Source: Takakia lepidozioides (taxonomy: Eukaryota; Plantae; Bryophyta). From it: a stretch of DNA of 64,000 nt. The position numbers and the translations under genes are program-made. The stretch is taken from assembly GCA_030704615.1 (NCBI GenBank), contig CM060731.1, forward strand, positions 3,782,001 through 3,846,000, given 5' to 3'. Shown piece after piece: positions 12,801 through 26,569 of the stretch. The notes under the pieces were generated by a model, which did not search any database, had not been told where the DNA came from, and saw nothing but the letters and a program-made list of their open reading frames with translations. The first letter of the stretch is position 1. Every line of letters starts with the position of its first letter.

Positions 12801-15800
12801 GCTTTGATGCTACTTCTCCTTCATTGTAAAGCTACATGGTATCGATTATCACTTTTGTGAAGGGTGTACATAAGGCACAGTTCCTGTATCAAATATGGGG
12901 GTATGGGCCAGGGTCAGTGGTCATTGGAGGTAGCTTCCTAGCATGAACTGTGGATTAGATCATGATGACGTCTGAATCCAAGTATGGACATTACTCATGG
13001 AGAGCGGCTGATTCAGGTGTCAGTTGCAGAAAGGGAGAAAGAGTTACTGGCCACTGCAGAAAAGAGGGCTTCTCAAGAAGTGGCAACACTGTCAGACCGT
13101 GTACATCGCCTGCAGGTCTGCGTGTTTTCAGCTGTATATCAACATAAATAATTGTGCTTGGTACATGCAGGTGTCTCTTTCACGATGTTCGTGTGAACTT
13201 CTAGAAGATATGTCTGTAGGATGGGAATGGCATTGCTGATGTGTTCTAAAAGTTCCTTTGGTCTTGTACTGTTTTCAAGTGTCCTGACATGTGTCCTCAT
13301 AGGCAGACAAAAAAAGAGTGGTCAGGGTCTGACGCCCGAGTGGTCTTTGGCAGGCTACATTGGATACCATACACAGTGTGGAAGATGCTCGCGAGGTATT
13401 ATCACCTGCCTGGTCCCCAAATGATATGTGCGTGTCTGTAGGCTGAAGACTGGACTTGAATTGTGAGTTGCGTCAGGAGTAAATAACTGTGGCTTGTACA
13501 TGTGCGTTACCTTAGTTCTAGACATGTCCAAATGCAGTTCATGACTTTGGTTGCTGCTATGTCCTGTAGAATGTCAGGGCTGCAGAGAAGAAGAAGCTGG
13601 AGGAGGAGCTCAATCATATGCAGGTCAGATGTTCAAGGCATGATATTTTCAAGGTTATAGTGTAATGCCTCATAGTCAACCCACAACCCATGTGCAAGCT
13701 ACCAATATGTAAAGTCGATCTACTTACTGGTTTCCAGAACATACCAGGGCATCTTCTTCCTTGATTGAACCACAGACCTTCAAAATCGAATGTTGAGAGT
13801 AGCTCCTTCAAGTGTTGCAGTTGAAGTTATCTAGATGCTCTAAGGAATATTATACTTCACGGGGGATTTTATGGCTTTTGAGTCTGTCTGTGGACACTTT
13901 GTTGACCACCAGAAAGAGTGGGCTGAGGCGAAACATGACCTTGAGGTTGAACGTGCACATGGCCGAAATCTCTCCGCTCAACGAGACAAAGCTGTGAGCC
14001 AGGCCTTGGAACGGGTGGACGCCTTGACTAAGGAGCTTGCCAATGCACTGAAAGCTGTCTCCACAGCAGAGACCCGGGCTCAGGTTGCTGAGGTAAAATG
14101 ATTGCTAAAATTAGGATGGGAATATTGTGCCTTGGCAAAAATGGGAAAAAATGATGTTCTGGTTCACTGTGCTAACTGGCTTTTGGTATGGCAAACATCT
14201 TCAGTGATGTTCCATAATACAAGGGATTCCTCATTAGAATTCTTGATGAAGTGGGAGTTTTTACAAAAACTCTCGGGCTTTCAGATTGGAGGATGGGATC
14301 TGTCCAGAGTTTGATGTGGGTCAGTAACGTCAATATAGCAGTCTTTGGTTGCTAAGGGTTGATTTGGGCAGGCCCGGTGCATTGAGCTCGAATCAAGCCT
14401 GAAGAAAGCAGACGAAAAAGTAAGCTCCTAGTCCCTCCTGCCCCTTGGTACTTTTGAGGTCATGCTGCTTCGACTTGTGGTAGATTGAACAAATCTAATG
14501 TGTCTAGTTGAGAAGCTCCATTGGCGACTGTGTTTCAGATAATGGTGGCGTTGGGAGGCGGTAAAAAGGTGGTTACCGATGATAGTGCTCCTCCCGACAT
14601 AGATGGAGAGGTATTTCTCACTAAGTTGCTTTGTTGACTTTATTTCAGATGAGATTTAATGTTGTTACTTGTTGGGAAGATAGACCTTCCTTACAAATTT
14701 AAGAAGTGATGTCGGGTTTTTTTTTCCACATCAAACAAATGGTATGTCTGTCAATTTGGTTTAGGTTTTCTGAATAAGAAACCGCGGAGCACAAATAGTG
14801 GAGGTCGACCTTGCATCGTGCTACACAGCAATCTTGTTAGGGCTTTATTCTCAGCAGCTGCCTTATGTACTGGCGGCTTCGACAAAAGGATCCCTTTGGG
14901 GATACATTCGTCTTGAATTCGTCAAACTGGGGTTTGAAAAATCATATGACAAGATACTGAGAGTAAGCAAAAATTGGTTTCGGGTCATCCGATGTTTGCT
15001 TATAGAGGCCTTCGGACCACGCTGCGCCCTCATAATCAGTTTCATGAGGAATGCTACCTAAGGGCACTTCTTATCCGATTGTCTCGCTAAGTTATGGGAC
15101 AGCATTATTACTGGTTTTCTTGCTCTTTTTATCATTTCTTCTTCGCTGTGACTTTTCTTGATGTTTTGTTGTGGTGCTTTTGTCTTGGGTGTGAACTATT
15201 TCATCTTATCTTATGTGAGCTCTCAAATGTGAGGTTGGAATTTACTAGGTTCTCATATTGATATAGCTCACGTGTTTCTGAATCCACATATGGTCTTTCA
15301 TTTGTGTATCCACTGACTCTAGACAACTTTTCTCCCTGAGGTATAAGATGTTCTCGAGTCCTGGCAAGCATGGGAAGGCAGGTGACACTACTTCCATGAT
15401 TCTGATACAGAATAAGGTGCTAATAGTCTATGGGGAATCTCTTTTTGCCTTCAGATCATGTTGCACCTGCAAGAAGCAAGGGAGGAACTTGAACGAATAA
15501 AAGAGGACTTAGCTGCTTCAAAGGTCCACACTGATCAAGTAAAGTCTCATTGAGCCACTTGACTGATTCTGCCTTGATTCTTCTCCAGAAAGTTACTTGC
15601 TCTCCTTCTTTGTCTTCTTGTGGGATCTTACCAAGTTACTTTGACGTCAGTACTAATCTTTACGTACTAACTTCACTGATTACAGCAGTTTACGAGAGTC
15701 ATGAGAATTTCGGCCTCTCAGTAAGCAAAAGTCTGAAAGCCACAGACCTGGCTCTGCAAAGCATAAGTATCATCTTCAAACAAATCCTGTTTGAGTGTGT

Positions 15801-18800
15801 TTTCATTGTGCTTTCGGTTAGTACTGAAGGAGTGAGTTGGTTGTCGTACAGTACAAAAAGATTGCTGAGGCTAATGAAGAAGCATTGAAGCAAATGGAGG
15901 CTGCACACCTCAGCTACAGGAGTGAGGTACTCTAATCCTTTTTGCGTTGCATGCTCATTTAGGGTTGAGGGACACTGAACATGCATCACTTTTTGAAGCA
16001 AAGAGAAAAACTTTGAGAAAAATGAAGACCTCTGTGCTCTTTGCAAAGCTGTGCATTGGGAGGGAAGAGTGAAAACTAAACTATGTCCCAAAAGTTCACT
16101 GTTGTGCCTTTATTCTAATGAAAACATGCTCGGCTCTCTCAGTCTGAACGCAACAAGGAAGCCATGGGGTCAGAGATGAGAGAGCTGCGGAAGCGGATTA
16201 ACAAGTTGGAGATGGAGGTATCAGAAAAGGACAAGGCAGCAGGTGGAGCTGCAGAGGAGAAAGAGAAGGCTCTCAGTAGTGCCTACAGAGAGATTGCTTC
16301 ACTAAAGGATTCAAGTGCAATGAAACAGTAAGCAAATCACAACTCTTTTGCTACAGACATTGACACCGTCCACTATTGAACTCAAAGCAGTTTTTAGTTG
16401 TTCTTTCAGGGCGTTACTAGATTTGCCCACCTGGAGTGGTTAGGTGCCATTGAGTTGTTCCTTCTTAAGTTCTTCAATGCATCCTGCAGTCTTTGGATGA
16501 CCAACGTTCGAGCCTAGCTTCCTTTGTGCTTGGAGATATGTCAAAAACCTAACAGCACAGTTTTCACTACTTGGCCAAGCAGTGTGACAGTATGGGTGAT
16601 ATGTGCAGCGTCCTGAGCCCCAAAATGCTACTGAAATCTCCTTACATTTCCAGTGTAGCCCCTCTTGAATTGTCGTTTATAGAGGATGATGTACAATTTG
16701 CTCTTTCCAGAGCGGCTTTGGATGAGGCAGAAGAAAGGATCAGCACATTCAAGCAGGAATTGGAAAAGGTGCATCATCAATGGCGTGAGGCGCAGAGCAA
16801 TTATGAGAGACAGGTTAGCCACGTGTTGCAGATTTACATTTACTAAACATTTTGGGAGAAGTTTGGGTTATCTGGTGAAACCCATGATGTCTCATGCTGC
16901 AGGCCCAAAAGCAGTGGCTTTTGAAGTACCCCGAGTCTCTCAGACCCTTTGTTACACTGGGTCCAAGAATATTTGTTGGAGGTCTACCAGTGCCTGGTGA
17001 TCAATTCCAAAATGCAGGCAGAATCATGTTCCCCACCTCACTGTCTGCATCAATTTTTGATAGGAATTCCTATCTTTTTCTAACAGATTTGAAGCCTCCT
17101 ACTCGCAGAAATCAGCTTACTCATTGTTGCCGTGCACTGCTCTTGACCAGTGACCTATATTAAAACCTATGTTAAACTGGGAACTATCCTCACTGTACAG
17201 GCTGATTGGCAGTTATTGGTGCCTGCGGGTCTGCTAAGGGGTTGTGGTGGTTATTTGAGGTTTCTTTCTAATATTCCTCAAAACCCTTAGACATTGGGGA
17301 TTGTCACATCTTAGTTCCTTGGGGCTGCTGACATATACTCCTTGAGTCTCAAATTCTTTTGGAAAGCAACCTGAAAATCACTAGCTCTGGATTGGATTAT
17401 TGTTTTATCCTAGGCAAAGAATTGGGAGAGTGCAATATTTGGAGAGTACTTGTTGCTTATTTTGGCAAGACAACTTGGTGGTTGTTCAGGTTCTCTTGCA
17501 AGCAGATACCATCAGGGAGCTTACTTCAACATCCAAGAAGCTCTCCAACTTGGAGCACATAGAGGGTCTGTTGTGTGAAAGGACTGAAAAAGCAGAGGCA
17601 GAGTTGGTATGAAGTCTATCCTTCTGTTGAGTTTATCGGGGTCATGCATTTTCCTTACTAACCATTTGACACTATATGCAATTGAGTTGCTCGTAGAAGC
17701 TGTTTTTCATTTGAAGCCTTGGTTACAGTTGTAGGGTTAGGTAGGATCTGAGTCAGAAACATGCATGCAGCACGCTTTTATCCAGTCAACCAGGTCAGTT
17801 TCTTATTCTTCTTAAGCTAAAGGCTGCAACTGCATCTGGGCTGGAGTTTAACAGCAGCTCACTCAACAGTTTCCTCCCTACAACCTTTACATTCAATATG
17901 AGGAGATAACCTCAATGATTAATCAGTTTGCTTTATCTTAGGGAGCTCAATTGGACCCTCTTTCATATTGCTAGAAGTCAGTGAACCGCTTGGAATATAC
18001 AGGAATCTTCACAGGTGGCATGGGCAATGGAGAAGTCATCACTGGAGTCAGCAAAGACTGATGCAGAGAAGAAAGTGAAGGAGCTTGATGAGCAGGTAGA
18101 TTCTTATGGTCATGGGGACAACTTCATTTGTACTGGGTGGGAAATAGAGAAGCAGGAAGGAGGAATGTGTGATGAGCACACAATGGAATAGCCTTGCCAA
18201 GCAGCAAAGGGAGATATAAGAGGCAGAAATTAGCTCCAGGTTTAGGAAGACAAGTGTCAAAGAATTGTGATTAGTCCTATGATACTGTGAAACTTTGGAT
18301 AATATCATCATTTTGGGAAGCAATTCTGGCAGTCTATTTGTGTGCCAGACAGAGCTTGAAATTTCTTCCCAGTGAGCCTTTCAGATCTCTTTAGGCTACA
18401 GTAGATATTTTTTGATGATAAATATCTGAGTTATTGCACTCCTTATCTGGTTGTTAAGATGGTAAGACTGTTCTGTGTTGCAGTCTCCATTTGTTAATGC
18501 TATCAAAATATAAGCGGTGATTTGCTTGACTTTTGTAACAGAATCAAGTGTTGTTAGATCGGTTGGAGGGGATGCACATTGTGGCAGCAGAGACTGCCCG
18601 CAAAGCAGCAGGAAATGTTTCTGACTCAGTGCAGGGTCCCGAGGTGCAAGGGGACACTGACTTGCAACATGTCATTCGCTATCTTCGTCGATCCAAAGAG
18701 ACTGTAGGTGTTGAAGCTACATGGAGCATTTGTTTTTGTTGTTTGTTTGCAAAGAGAGCTCACATCTGATCACTGCCGCGTTCAAGGTGTCTGGGTACAG

Positions 18801-21800
18801 TTGTTGCAATCCACCGCCGTTTGCTTTGTTTCTACAGATGTGAATACATGTGTTTTTGTCTCACTGGTTGTGCTAGACAAGGGAGTCTTACGCAGATCGC
18901 ACAATTTTGCAGGCTGATACAGAGCTCTCGCTTATGAAGCAAGAACGACTTCGCCTGCAAAAACAGGTAATTATTGTCTCAATCTTCAGTTGAGGCCAGA
19001 AAATTTAAATCAGCACGAGTATCTGGAAGAAATAAATCTTTCCAAAAGTAACGGTCAATCCAATCACGAACACATGTGCAGGTAGATGCTGCATATCGTG
19101 CTGCAGAAGAGGCGCAGGCAAGTTTACGGCGGGAGCACAAGGATGTACAAGCAAGCATTTACAGTGACGAAGAATTCCGTGCTCTCCAGGCTCAGGTATG
19201 TCTAGATGTTCACAGCATGAGTCCTCTTTCATTGTGTGGGGTCACCTTTAGTTCATAGTCGGATATGCAGGTTCTTTGCTTGGCCACTGCTTAATTGTGT
19301 GTATGTACTAGATGGGGCTCAGGTAGGCTCACTTAGCAATGGAACTGGCTTACTGCTCACCAGTATTCGAAGTACAAGTGCCTGTTAAAGACTGAATGTG
19401 CCTTTAGATACTGGGATAGGCCCTGCAAGAATTTTTGTTGACGAGCTATCTGATGCCATGGATTGGTTGTGTGGGAATTTTGCATGATGTTAACAGATCC
19501 GAGAGTTGAACCTGTTGCGTGAAAGCAATGCAGAGCTCCGAGCAGAGAACCGTAAAAATTTTGAGGATTGCAGGGTGAGATAACTAGACACCGCTTTTAC
19601 TCATAGGGATTCCTCTAGTCTGCCAACAAGGTCGGGAAGTTGTGTCATACAAACCAACATCACCCGCTCACATGTGCTTCCAGTGTGGATTTCTTTTCAT
19701 CTCTCTTGGAAGAATTGAAGACCTGATTACCCAGCTGATCGCCCAGCATGTGTTTCCGCTATTGTGTTGCAAGGGTCCACTGTATCTATCTTATCGTGGG
19801 GCCGAACCTGAGGCTGTGCTTGATAAATGGCCATAGAAGTTTGGATGTTGATTTGGTGGGTTGATTCAGGAATGGCGAGAGAAAGCAAGAGAGGCACAGG
19901 CAGAACTTGAACCTCTAGTGAAGCGCTTGAGAGAGAGCGAGGCGGACTTAGAGGCAGGTGGGAGGACACTGGAAGTACAAAAGGCAGAGACTCAACGGTG
20001 GGAGAAGAGGGTGACTCAGGTAGGAACATTATGGGTTCCATTTTTCTGATTGCCAATTGTCGCGAGCTGTCCTGCTTTCACAGTTTGTTCTTCTCTATCT
20101 ATAGTTTGTCTGACTGGTCGAACAGTTGTGTGAGAAACACACAGATACTTGCAAGGGGTCAAGACTCCAAGACTCCCTAGAGTCATTTCATACCGGGGAT
20201 GTCGGCTGATTCTGCTATAAGTTCTAACATTTGCAGCATTTTTATGATCCCCAGCTCCTGAAAAAGTACAAAGCTGTTGATGTTGATGACTATCAGCGGG
20301 TCAGAGCTGAGCTGGCTGAAGTTCAGGTAGTCTTTCGTGACCAAGCACTAGGAAACAATGTGTTGGATCTAGGACAGGTTTTTCTTGTCGATGGGGAAGA
20401 TGTTGTCTTTACAGAAGGATGATTAGTAATGAAGTCTTCGGTTTAGTCATATTTTCACTTGAAACTGTAGAGTTATAAATCAGACGGAGGTTTATCTGTG
20501 GCAATGGCAATTTTTACTATTTGTGGCTAAATTTGGCACTGTGCAGGAGCATGAGAAAGCAACCAAGGCGCAGCTGGATGCCGCGAGGAAAGAAATTGAG
20601 GAAACAAAAGAGAAGGCAGAAAAATTGGAAGAAGCGAGGGAGATCACCGGTTCTCGTTTGGGTGAGGTTGAGGAACGTGAGAGAGAGCTGGATCAGAAAC
20701 TGCAGGAAACCTTGCAATCAGAGGTATCCATCTATGTTGATGATTTTCATTGTCACGGGTTTGTGGTCTGCAAATTAGCTTGATCTGTCTGACAGGAGCT
20801 TTGTTATGCTTCTACAAACACGAATGGTATCCTCTTTTCCTTTTACAATGAGGTAGCTATGGTGGTAATGTCTCAATCATGGAAGCATTCCGAACAATGT
20901 AGTATTAACGGTTTACTCTTGAACATGGTGGTTGGGATGTTAAATCTGTTAAGCTGGATCTGTTGTCAAATTTTTGACATTCTTTGCTTTTACAATGGAC
21001 AGGCGGCTGGCAAAGCTGAAATTGAGCGCTTCAAGAGACATTCAATATTTTTAAAGGTAGCAACTGCCATTCATTGGTGGGTGTATGGAGGAACTAAATG
21101 TAGCAGTGTTATATGTTGAAGAGCCAGGCTGATCTGTGAGTTAGCAAAACTCCCTGAGTCTTGCTAGATTGTGAGGCTCTCTGAGTCTATTGGAATTCCC
21201 CGAGTTCACCAGCTGGTGTTTCTGGTTGCATGCCACTCAAGTTTGCTGATGGCACCCAACAAGTCTGCAATTCTTCATACCTTATCAGCACTGACGATGC
21301 TGTTATATTATGGCTGTCTCATGTATGCATTTAGAGGAGAGATTATACGATCAAAGTTGAGGAGCAATTTTGCAAGTTGGCAGAGTTCGAACCCTAGGAT
21401 AGCAGTTTCATTGTGGAAGGTCATCTGGTACATTTTAGAGTGGATCACTGAGCTGTCTGTTTGCAAACCTGCAGCGGAAATTGGACGTTTTGACGAAGGA
21501 AAAGGAGGACACAAGCAAGGAGGTGGAAGGTCTTACAAAGCAGATCGAGGAGCTCAAAGCCAATGCAGGTCCGTTGTCTGCACTCTTTGATAAACCTGTA
21601 CCATTGTCCCACCCCTGTATAGTGGATGGCTATAATGGATTGGGGTGAAGGTATTGGGTCTGTCATATTCTGTAGTTAGTGCAAAATGTGACACTGCGCA
21701 TCTGTTTTCAGGCAATAGGGCTGCAGGAGATACATCTGTGGCTGCCCAACAGGAAGCTCTCATTCGCCAGGAGGCTACTGCCCGACACGAAGCTCAAAAA

Positions 21801-24800
21801 GAAACTGATACCCAGTTGAAAGAGAAGGAGAGCAGAATTCAGGTAATGTTGTACCAAAGAACAATATCCATGTGATATTCATTTGGCAATTTACTATATG
21901 GTGTTGAGGTCTACTTACTTCTTTCTCTTAATTTAGTCTGTATGATGAACATGGTCTTTTCTTGCTTGTAGTGATACTAATGAGTTTTATGTTCATACTG
22001 GGGTTGATAGACCTTGGAAAAATGTCTCGAAAAAGAAAGAGAGGAAGTGCGGAAGGAAAGAGCAAGAAGGCTGAAGGATAAGAAGACATTCTATGATGTA
22101 GCTCAAAAAGCATCTCAGGTGCTGATTCCTCCCTCAGTGTGAAAATCTTGTTTGTGTATGTTCTGAGGTTATAGAAAGCCATTCTATCCAAATCAAGCTC
22201 AAAGTCTTTTGGGCTAGATCTGAACTTTGACATAACTCATAGACAAGAGTAACCAAGTCGGTCTGGACAAGCTGTTTAAGTTGAGAAGGTATGGAGCAAG
22301 TATACTTCATATGCGTTAGGAAAGGTTCAGGCTTCATGGCCTTCACATTTGTTTTAATTCACAGGAAAAGAAAAGGCTTTTGGACGAAATGAGCAATGTC
22401 CGGCGTGAGAAGGAGCAGTACGAGTTGGTATGTTTGCTCACTTGTCCATTTCAGTACATTGTTTACTGTCTGTTGTGGTTCCCTCTGTGCAGACCATGGA
22501 GGTACTTATCCTTCAGTTTATGGACAGCTAGGGAAGGTGTCGTACTCTTATTCATGATACAGGATACGCGATCAGATGTGTTACTGTTAGATGTTTACAA
22601 GTACATCATAACTATCAGTTAAGAGTTTTTGGACTTATACCATGGGTGATTTGGTTATATTTCTAACTAGGGCTTCACTTGGATTGCAGGAAGCACATGG
22701 AAGCGGTGCTGGATCTGGCATGGAACCTCCAGTTAAGACAGACGTTGAGGAGCAATATGAGGCTGCTGTCAACCAGATTGAAGAAGTGGCATCGGCTTTG
22801 AACCAGGAATTAACCTCCAACTCTCCTGCTTTGGTCGCTTCAGCTCCTGTTGCCATTACAGATCCCTCCCTTGATGTGCCTGCACTGATAGAAACAGTGC
22901 CTATCACTGGAGAGGCCCCTGTTGGTGTTGGAATCTCAATTAAGACCAGTGACCTGGGCAATGTGACAGCACCCTTGGCGCCTGCATTGTCTAGTGGAAG
23001 CCAAGATAATCCCACTGCTTCTTTTGGAGCTGAAGTGTTCCCTTCAGTGGGTTCTGTTCCAAACAATGCCATTGTTGCTCCATCTTCTCTAGCTGGACCC
23101 CGCCCGCCCACCAGACCTGGGTCAACATCTGTGATTCCTTCACGGCCATCTATTAGAGTACCACCTGCTCCTGGTCCAGCACTGGGGATTCCCCAACCTG
23201 AACTGAAAGGAGAGAAAGAGCTCCAAATCATCCAGCTGCGTGCAAGGATTAAGGAAACAGAGGTGGGCCTATGCTTCTCTAAGGTTTTTCCTGTGAGGTT
23301 GTATTTCTCACTACTTAACCACATGTGGAGTACTTGATCTGCTTGGTCTTCCATTCTTCTCCTTTCTAATGGAATATGTTATTGGCATGCACCATGAAGA
23401 CCTGGATTGTGATTATCTTTTTGTGTATAAGTAACGTAACAAAGAATGATGATCACTCATGGGATATATGTGATATTGTAATAATTTCTTGTACTTTAAT
23501 TAAGCGTTTCATAATACGGTAGTTGTCTCATATTTAAGATCATTCTGTAGTTATGTTTTTCTCATCTAAGATGTGGGCGGGGTTTTGGAGTCAAACCTCT
23601 GTGGAATAGGTAGCTCATCAATTTGGGTCACCAATTCCCAATTCACAATTTTAGAAAATAAACATTATGTGGGGTGCATTTACCACCAGAATCCCCCGAA
23701 AGATGCTGTAGGTGGCTTTTAGTTGGGCTTGCATAAGATGCAACTGATCCAGTCACTTGGGATACAGAAGGCCCAGGCACGCAAGACAACTCGCAAGTTG
23801 ATTCGGCCCCGGATAGACCCTGTGGGCACACAAGAGGCCAATGCTGAGCCTGGGGAGAACAATCCAGAAGCAACTGTTGAAGGAACAGATGCAGACGTTG
23901 AGATTCTTGAGGAATCCAAACCAATTGTGCCTGGTGCGGAGGTCACAGAGAGTACTACGACAAACCCCCTCTTTTTGTCTGCTGTAGCGAATGTTATGGC
24001 CAGTGTGAGTGCTCCTCTGGCTGAGCCTGCGGCTATGACAGCAACTACTAGCAGTTTCATATCCGCACCCCCTACCACAACAGCGCCCGTTGCCCGTAAG
24101 CGTGCAGCCTCTTCATCAGAATCTGGTGTCCTTGATGATGACCACGTGCAACAGGAAATCAAATTACAGGATGCCCCCCCCCAGAAGAAGTCTCGAGCTG
24201 CTGAGGTAAGGCAAATTCATGCCACATGTGCAGCTTGAACCTCAGTCCCAGGCCCAGGAGGCAGTATGGTCTGAAGAGTGAAAATGAAGAGGGGCAAGGG
24301 ATTTAGAAGTAGATGAAATCCATTACATTCACAGGAGGCCTAGACAAGGGTCTATGGGCCTTTGAGGAAGTAAAACTAAAACGGAGAGGGGGAATCCTTT
24401 TTAACCATTAGTTCCCTTAGCTCTTTCCAACTGTCTTCTAAAACATATCAATTTATGTGTGGAGGTTTGCAGGATACAGCTATGGTGGACCCTGACCCAC
24501 TTTCATCAGAAGTAGTGGTGCGCACTGCCGTTCAGGAGGACGCTCTCCTTCAGAACTTGAGACCTTCAGAACTTTCAGTTACTGTCTCTGACATCACTCT
24601 GCTACTTCCACCTGTTTCGGAAACTGAGAGGGAGCGCCCAATGACGGATGTCACTGAGACTCCTGCTCACAAAAGGCCACGTTTTGTAAGACCAGATCTG
24701 GCTCTCTTGACTTCCCAGCTGACTGAAGGGCAAGTAGGGGAAGATGGCAAGATATCAGCCATCCCGACCTCAGATGCCCTGGGAGACCATGAAGACATGC

Positions 24801-26569
24801 CTGTAGAAAGGGGGTCCACAGATCCTGGGATACCTCAAGTTCCAAGACAAAAAGAGGACATTTTAGAATTGGGAGGGCTTAGTGGAGGAGTTCTTTCAGA
24901 AGCAGGCAACGAGTCCCTTCCAGCATCAGATGGCCCTGTTTTCAATGAAGAGCCTGCACCTTTGCTTGCACAAAATTTGAGTGAAGAGACGGGTATTGCT
25001 GCTGTCAGTACCGTGGCCATTGATCCTGGGTCACTTGTCATTGATATCTCATCTGCCAACTTAGTAGATGAGGCATCAGCTCGATCTCAGACAGTATCAC
25101 CAGAAATTCAAGCAGCTGAGATATTTGTTACGAAGGAGACAACAATAATCTCTGTGGAAGAGGAAATCACTACTTTGGTTGAAATGGGGTCTGAGGCAGA
25201 AGGCCTGCAGGTTACCGAGGATGCGGAAGAGGGTGAAATTCTTCTGGAGCTTGGTGCGAGTGAGGGTGCAGCCCCTGGGCCTGGGAATGAGATTGAAGCA
25301 ACAGGTGAAGGCCAAACAGAGGAGCACTCATCAAAGGCAGTTGAAGAAGCCGATTCTCCGCCCAATGATGGGAAGTCAATGGATGACCAGACTATGGAAC
25401 CAACTGGGGAGGGTGATGCAGGCAGTGACCATGTTGAGACAGAGGTACCAGACAAGCAAAATGTGTATAACTGTTATTTGTACGTTAATTTCTAAATTGG
25501 GACTAATACAATGCATTTGCTCGATTCAAACTGAAAGTCTTCTTTTTATCCATTTTTCGTTTGACAGGGATCCACTCTGGCTACAACATCTTCGACAGAC
25601 ATTGGGAAGCCTGAGAACGATCAACTGGCTGAAGCTCGCAATAATGGACCTGGAGAGCAGGGGATTGAAATTGTGCCAGCAACCATAGAAAGGACAAGTC
25701 AGGTTGCTGTAGTAACAACCAAACCAACTGGGCGGAGCAGCACCATTCATTTGGCAGAGCAAGCAAGAGAGAGGTCTATCCTACGGCGTGCTGGTGTGAC
25801 TCCGCCATCCCCAGGTACACGGGGAGGTCGTGGTCGTGGTCAGAGGGGTGGTAAGGTACGTATCTGGCTTGGCATTATCCACATCAGTTTTTGTGAGTTT
25901 TGAGGACAGGACAGATTGTCAAGCTGAGGGCATATCCGCTGAGTTTTAGCGTAACATTCCTACAATCAGGTAGCAGGTGGTATCTTGACCACAATTGACA
26001 TCTATACCTTGAAAACTCAGACTGAGAACCATTGTATGAGGTTGTGCTCAATTGTTGGTACATTTGGCTGGCAGAGGGCTGGGGGAACAGGACGTGGGCG
26101 TCTGATATCTACAGGAGTTGGACGTCAACGGCAAGAAGGCATGTTCCTTACATTTGAACTTCTTCTGTTGATGCAAGATGCACTGTTCACACTATTAAGA
26201 AGGATCACTATAATTTGTCCAACCTGGTCTATGGAGTTTGTAAGTCATTTTGAATATGGTGACATATTATGTGTTTTTCTCGGCACCAAAGTCAGCGGTT
26301 GACCAAATTGCAGAGTGGGTCATTGTAAGAACCACATGTCTAATTAAATGACTACTTTCAATATTGGCAGAACATTCACATACTTGATGCCACTCTCTAG
26401 GGTTGAGCCTTGTTGGATTGTTTCAGGGCCAGGAAACTCTGCATCATTGGGCGGTGATGGTACTAGCACCATTCAGCAGACTCGACCACCTCAAGGAAGC
26501 CATGATGAGGCCTCACAGCCAGCGGCCACTTCAAATTCATTCGATGTGCTCAAAGATGAACAAAACTGA
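847..26569 (+). CDS. NUA: Nuclear pore anchor / TPR (Mlp1/2) homologue, long coiled-coil nucleoporin, about 52 coding exons
   Basis: The N-terminus MPLFMSDTEL...ADVYIRDLQTQLETHKARADAAAINAEQTCALIEQKF matches plant NUA. Phase-consistent GT-AG exons traced by eye include 847-1152, 2161-2307, 4328-4426, 4852-4980 (LLEQHNSWLNEELTAKV), 5591-5683, 5861-5926, 6246-6335 (LYKESSDEWSKK), 8362-8454, 13913-~14091 (KEWAEAKHDL), 18542-18703 (DLQHVIRYLRRSKE), 24473-25444, 25568-25855 (RGGRGRG) and a last exon 26427-26569. The C-terminus is acidic and low-complexity. Some internal exon boundaries are approximate. Confidence 0.93.
2461..3530 (-). mobile_element. 5'-truncated non-LTR retrotransposon 3' fragment (RTE/RTEX-like by inference), antisense in NUA intron 2
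   Basis: The minus strand encodes a C-terminal Cys/His motif of non-LTR ORF2 (...EDNIHFLIHCPGF..QR). It ends GGCCACAAG(G/A)CTACGG..AACAA.GTCTTATGAGTACATT followed by a CT-rich tail. The terminal ~80 bp is duplicated (2480-2550 and 2560-2625). Confidence 0.75.
3531..4190 (-). mobile_element. Second, more diverged copy of the same non-LTR 3' fragment, head-to-tail with the first
   Basis: It has the same 3' end (aatgtactcataagac on +) next to (GA)n at 3531-3552. ORF 3559-3744 reads QVDACVKGFLEDIWKA...GHKAMANKVL*. Confidence 0.75.
6490..6715 (-). mobile_element. Short 3' fragment of the same non-LTR family in a NUA intron
   Basis: aatgtactcatagg...gccttgtggccatagacc...ttccagatatcctctagaaagcccttca is shared with the copies at 2560 and 3552. 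Confidence 0.75.
7596..7642 (+). mobile_element. ~45-bp extreme 3'-end remnant of the same family (sense orientation)
   Basis: gcggccacaaggctacgggaaacaacgtcttatgagtacattct is the near-identical reverse complement of 2478-2519. Confidence 0.7.
14775..15110 (+). other. CpG-rich foreign-looking insert in a NUA intron, encoding a polymerase-motif-A-like peptide fragment
   Basis: There are more than 12 CpGs in ~330 bp within a CpG-poor intron. ORF 14798-15061 reads EVDLASCYTAILLGLYSQQLPYV...SLWGYIRLEF. Confidence 0.4.

Noticed and set aside
22635-25455. Long minus-strand ORFs (239, 147, 115 aa)
   Set aside because: These are antisense shadows of the large NUA exons.
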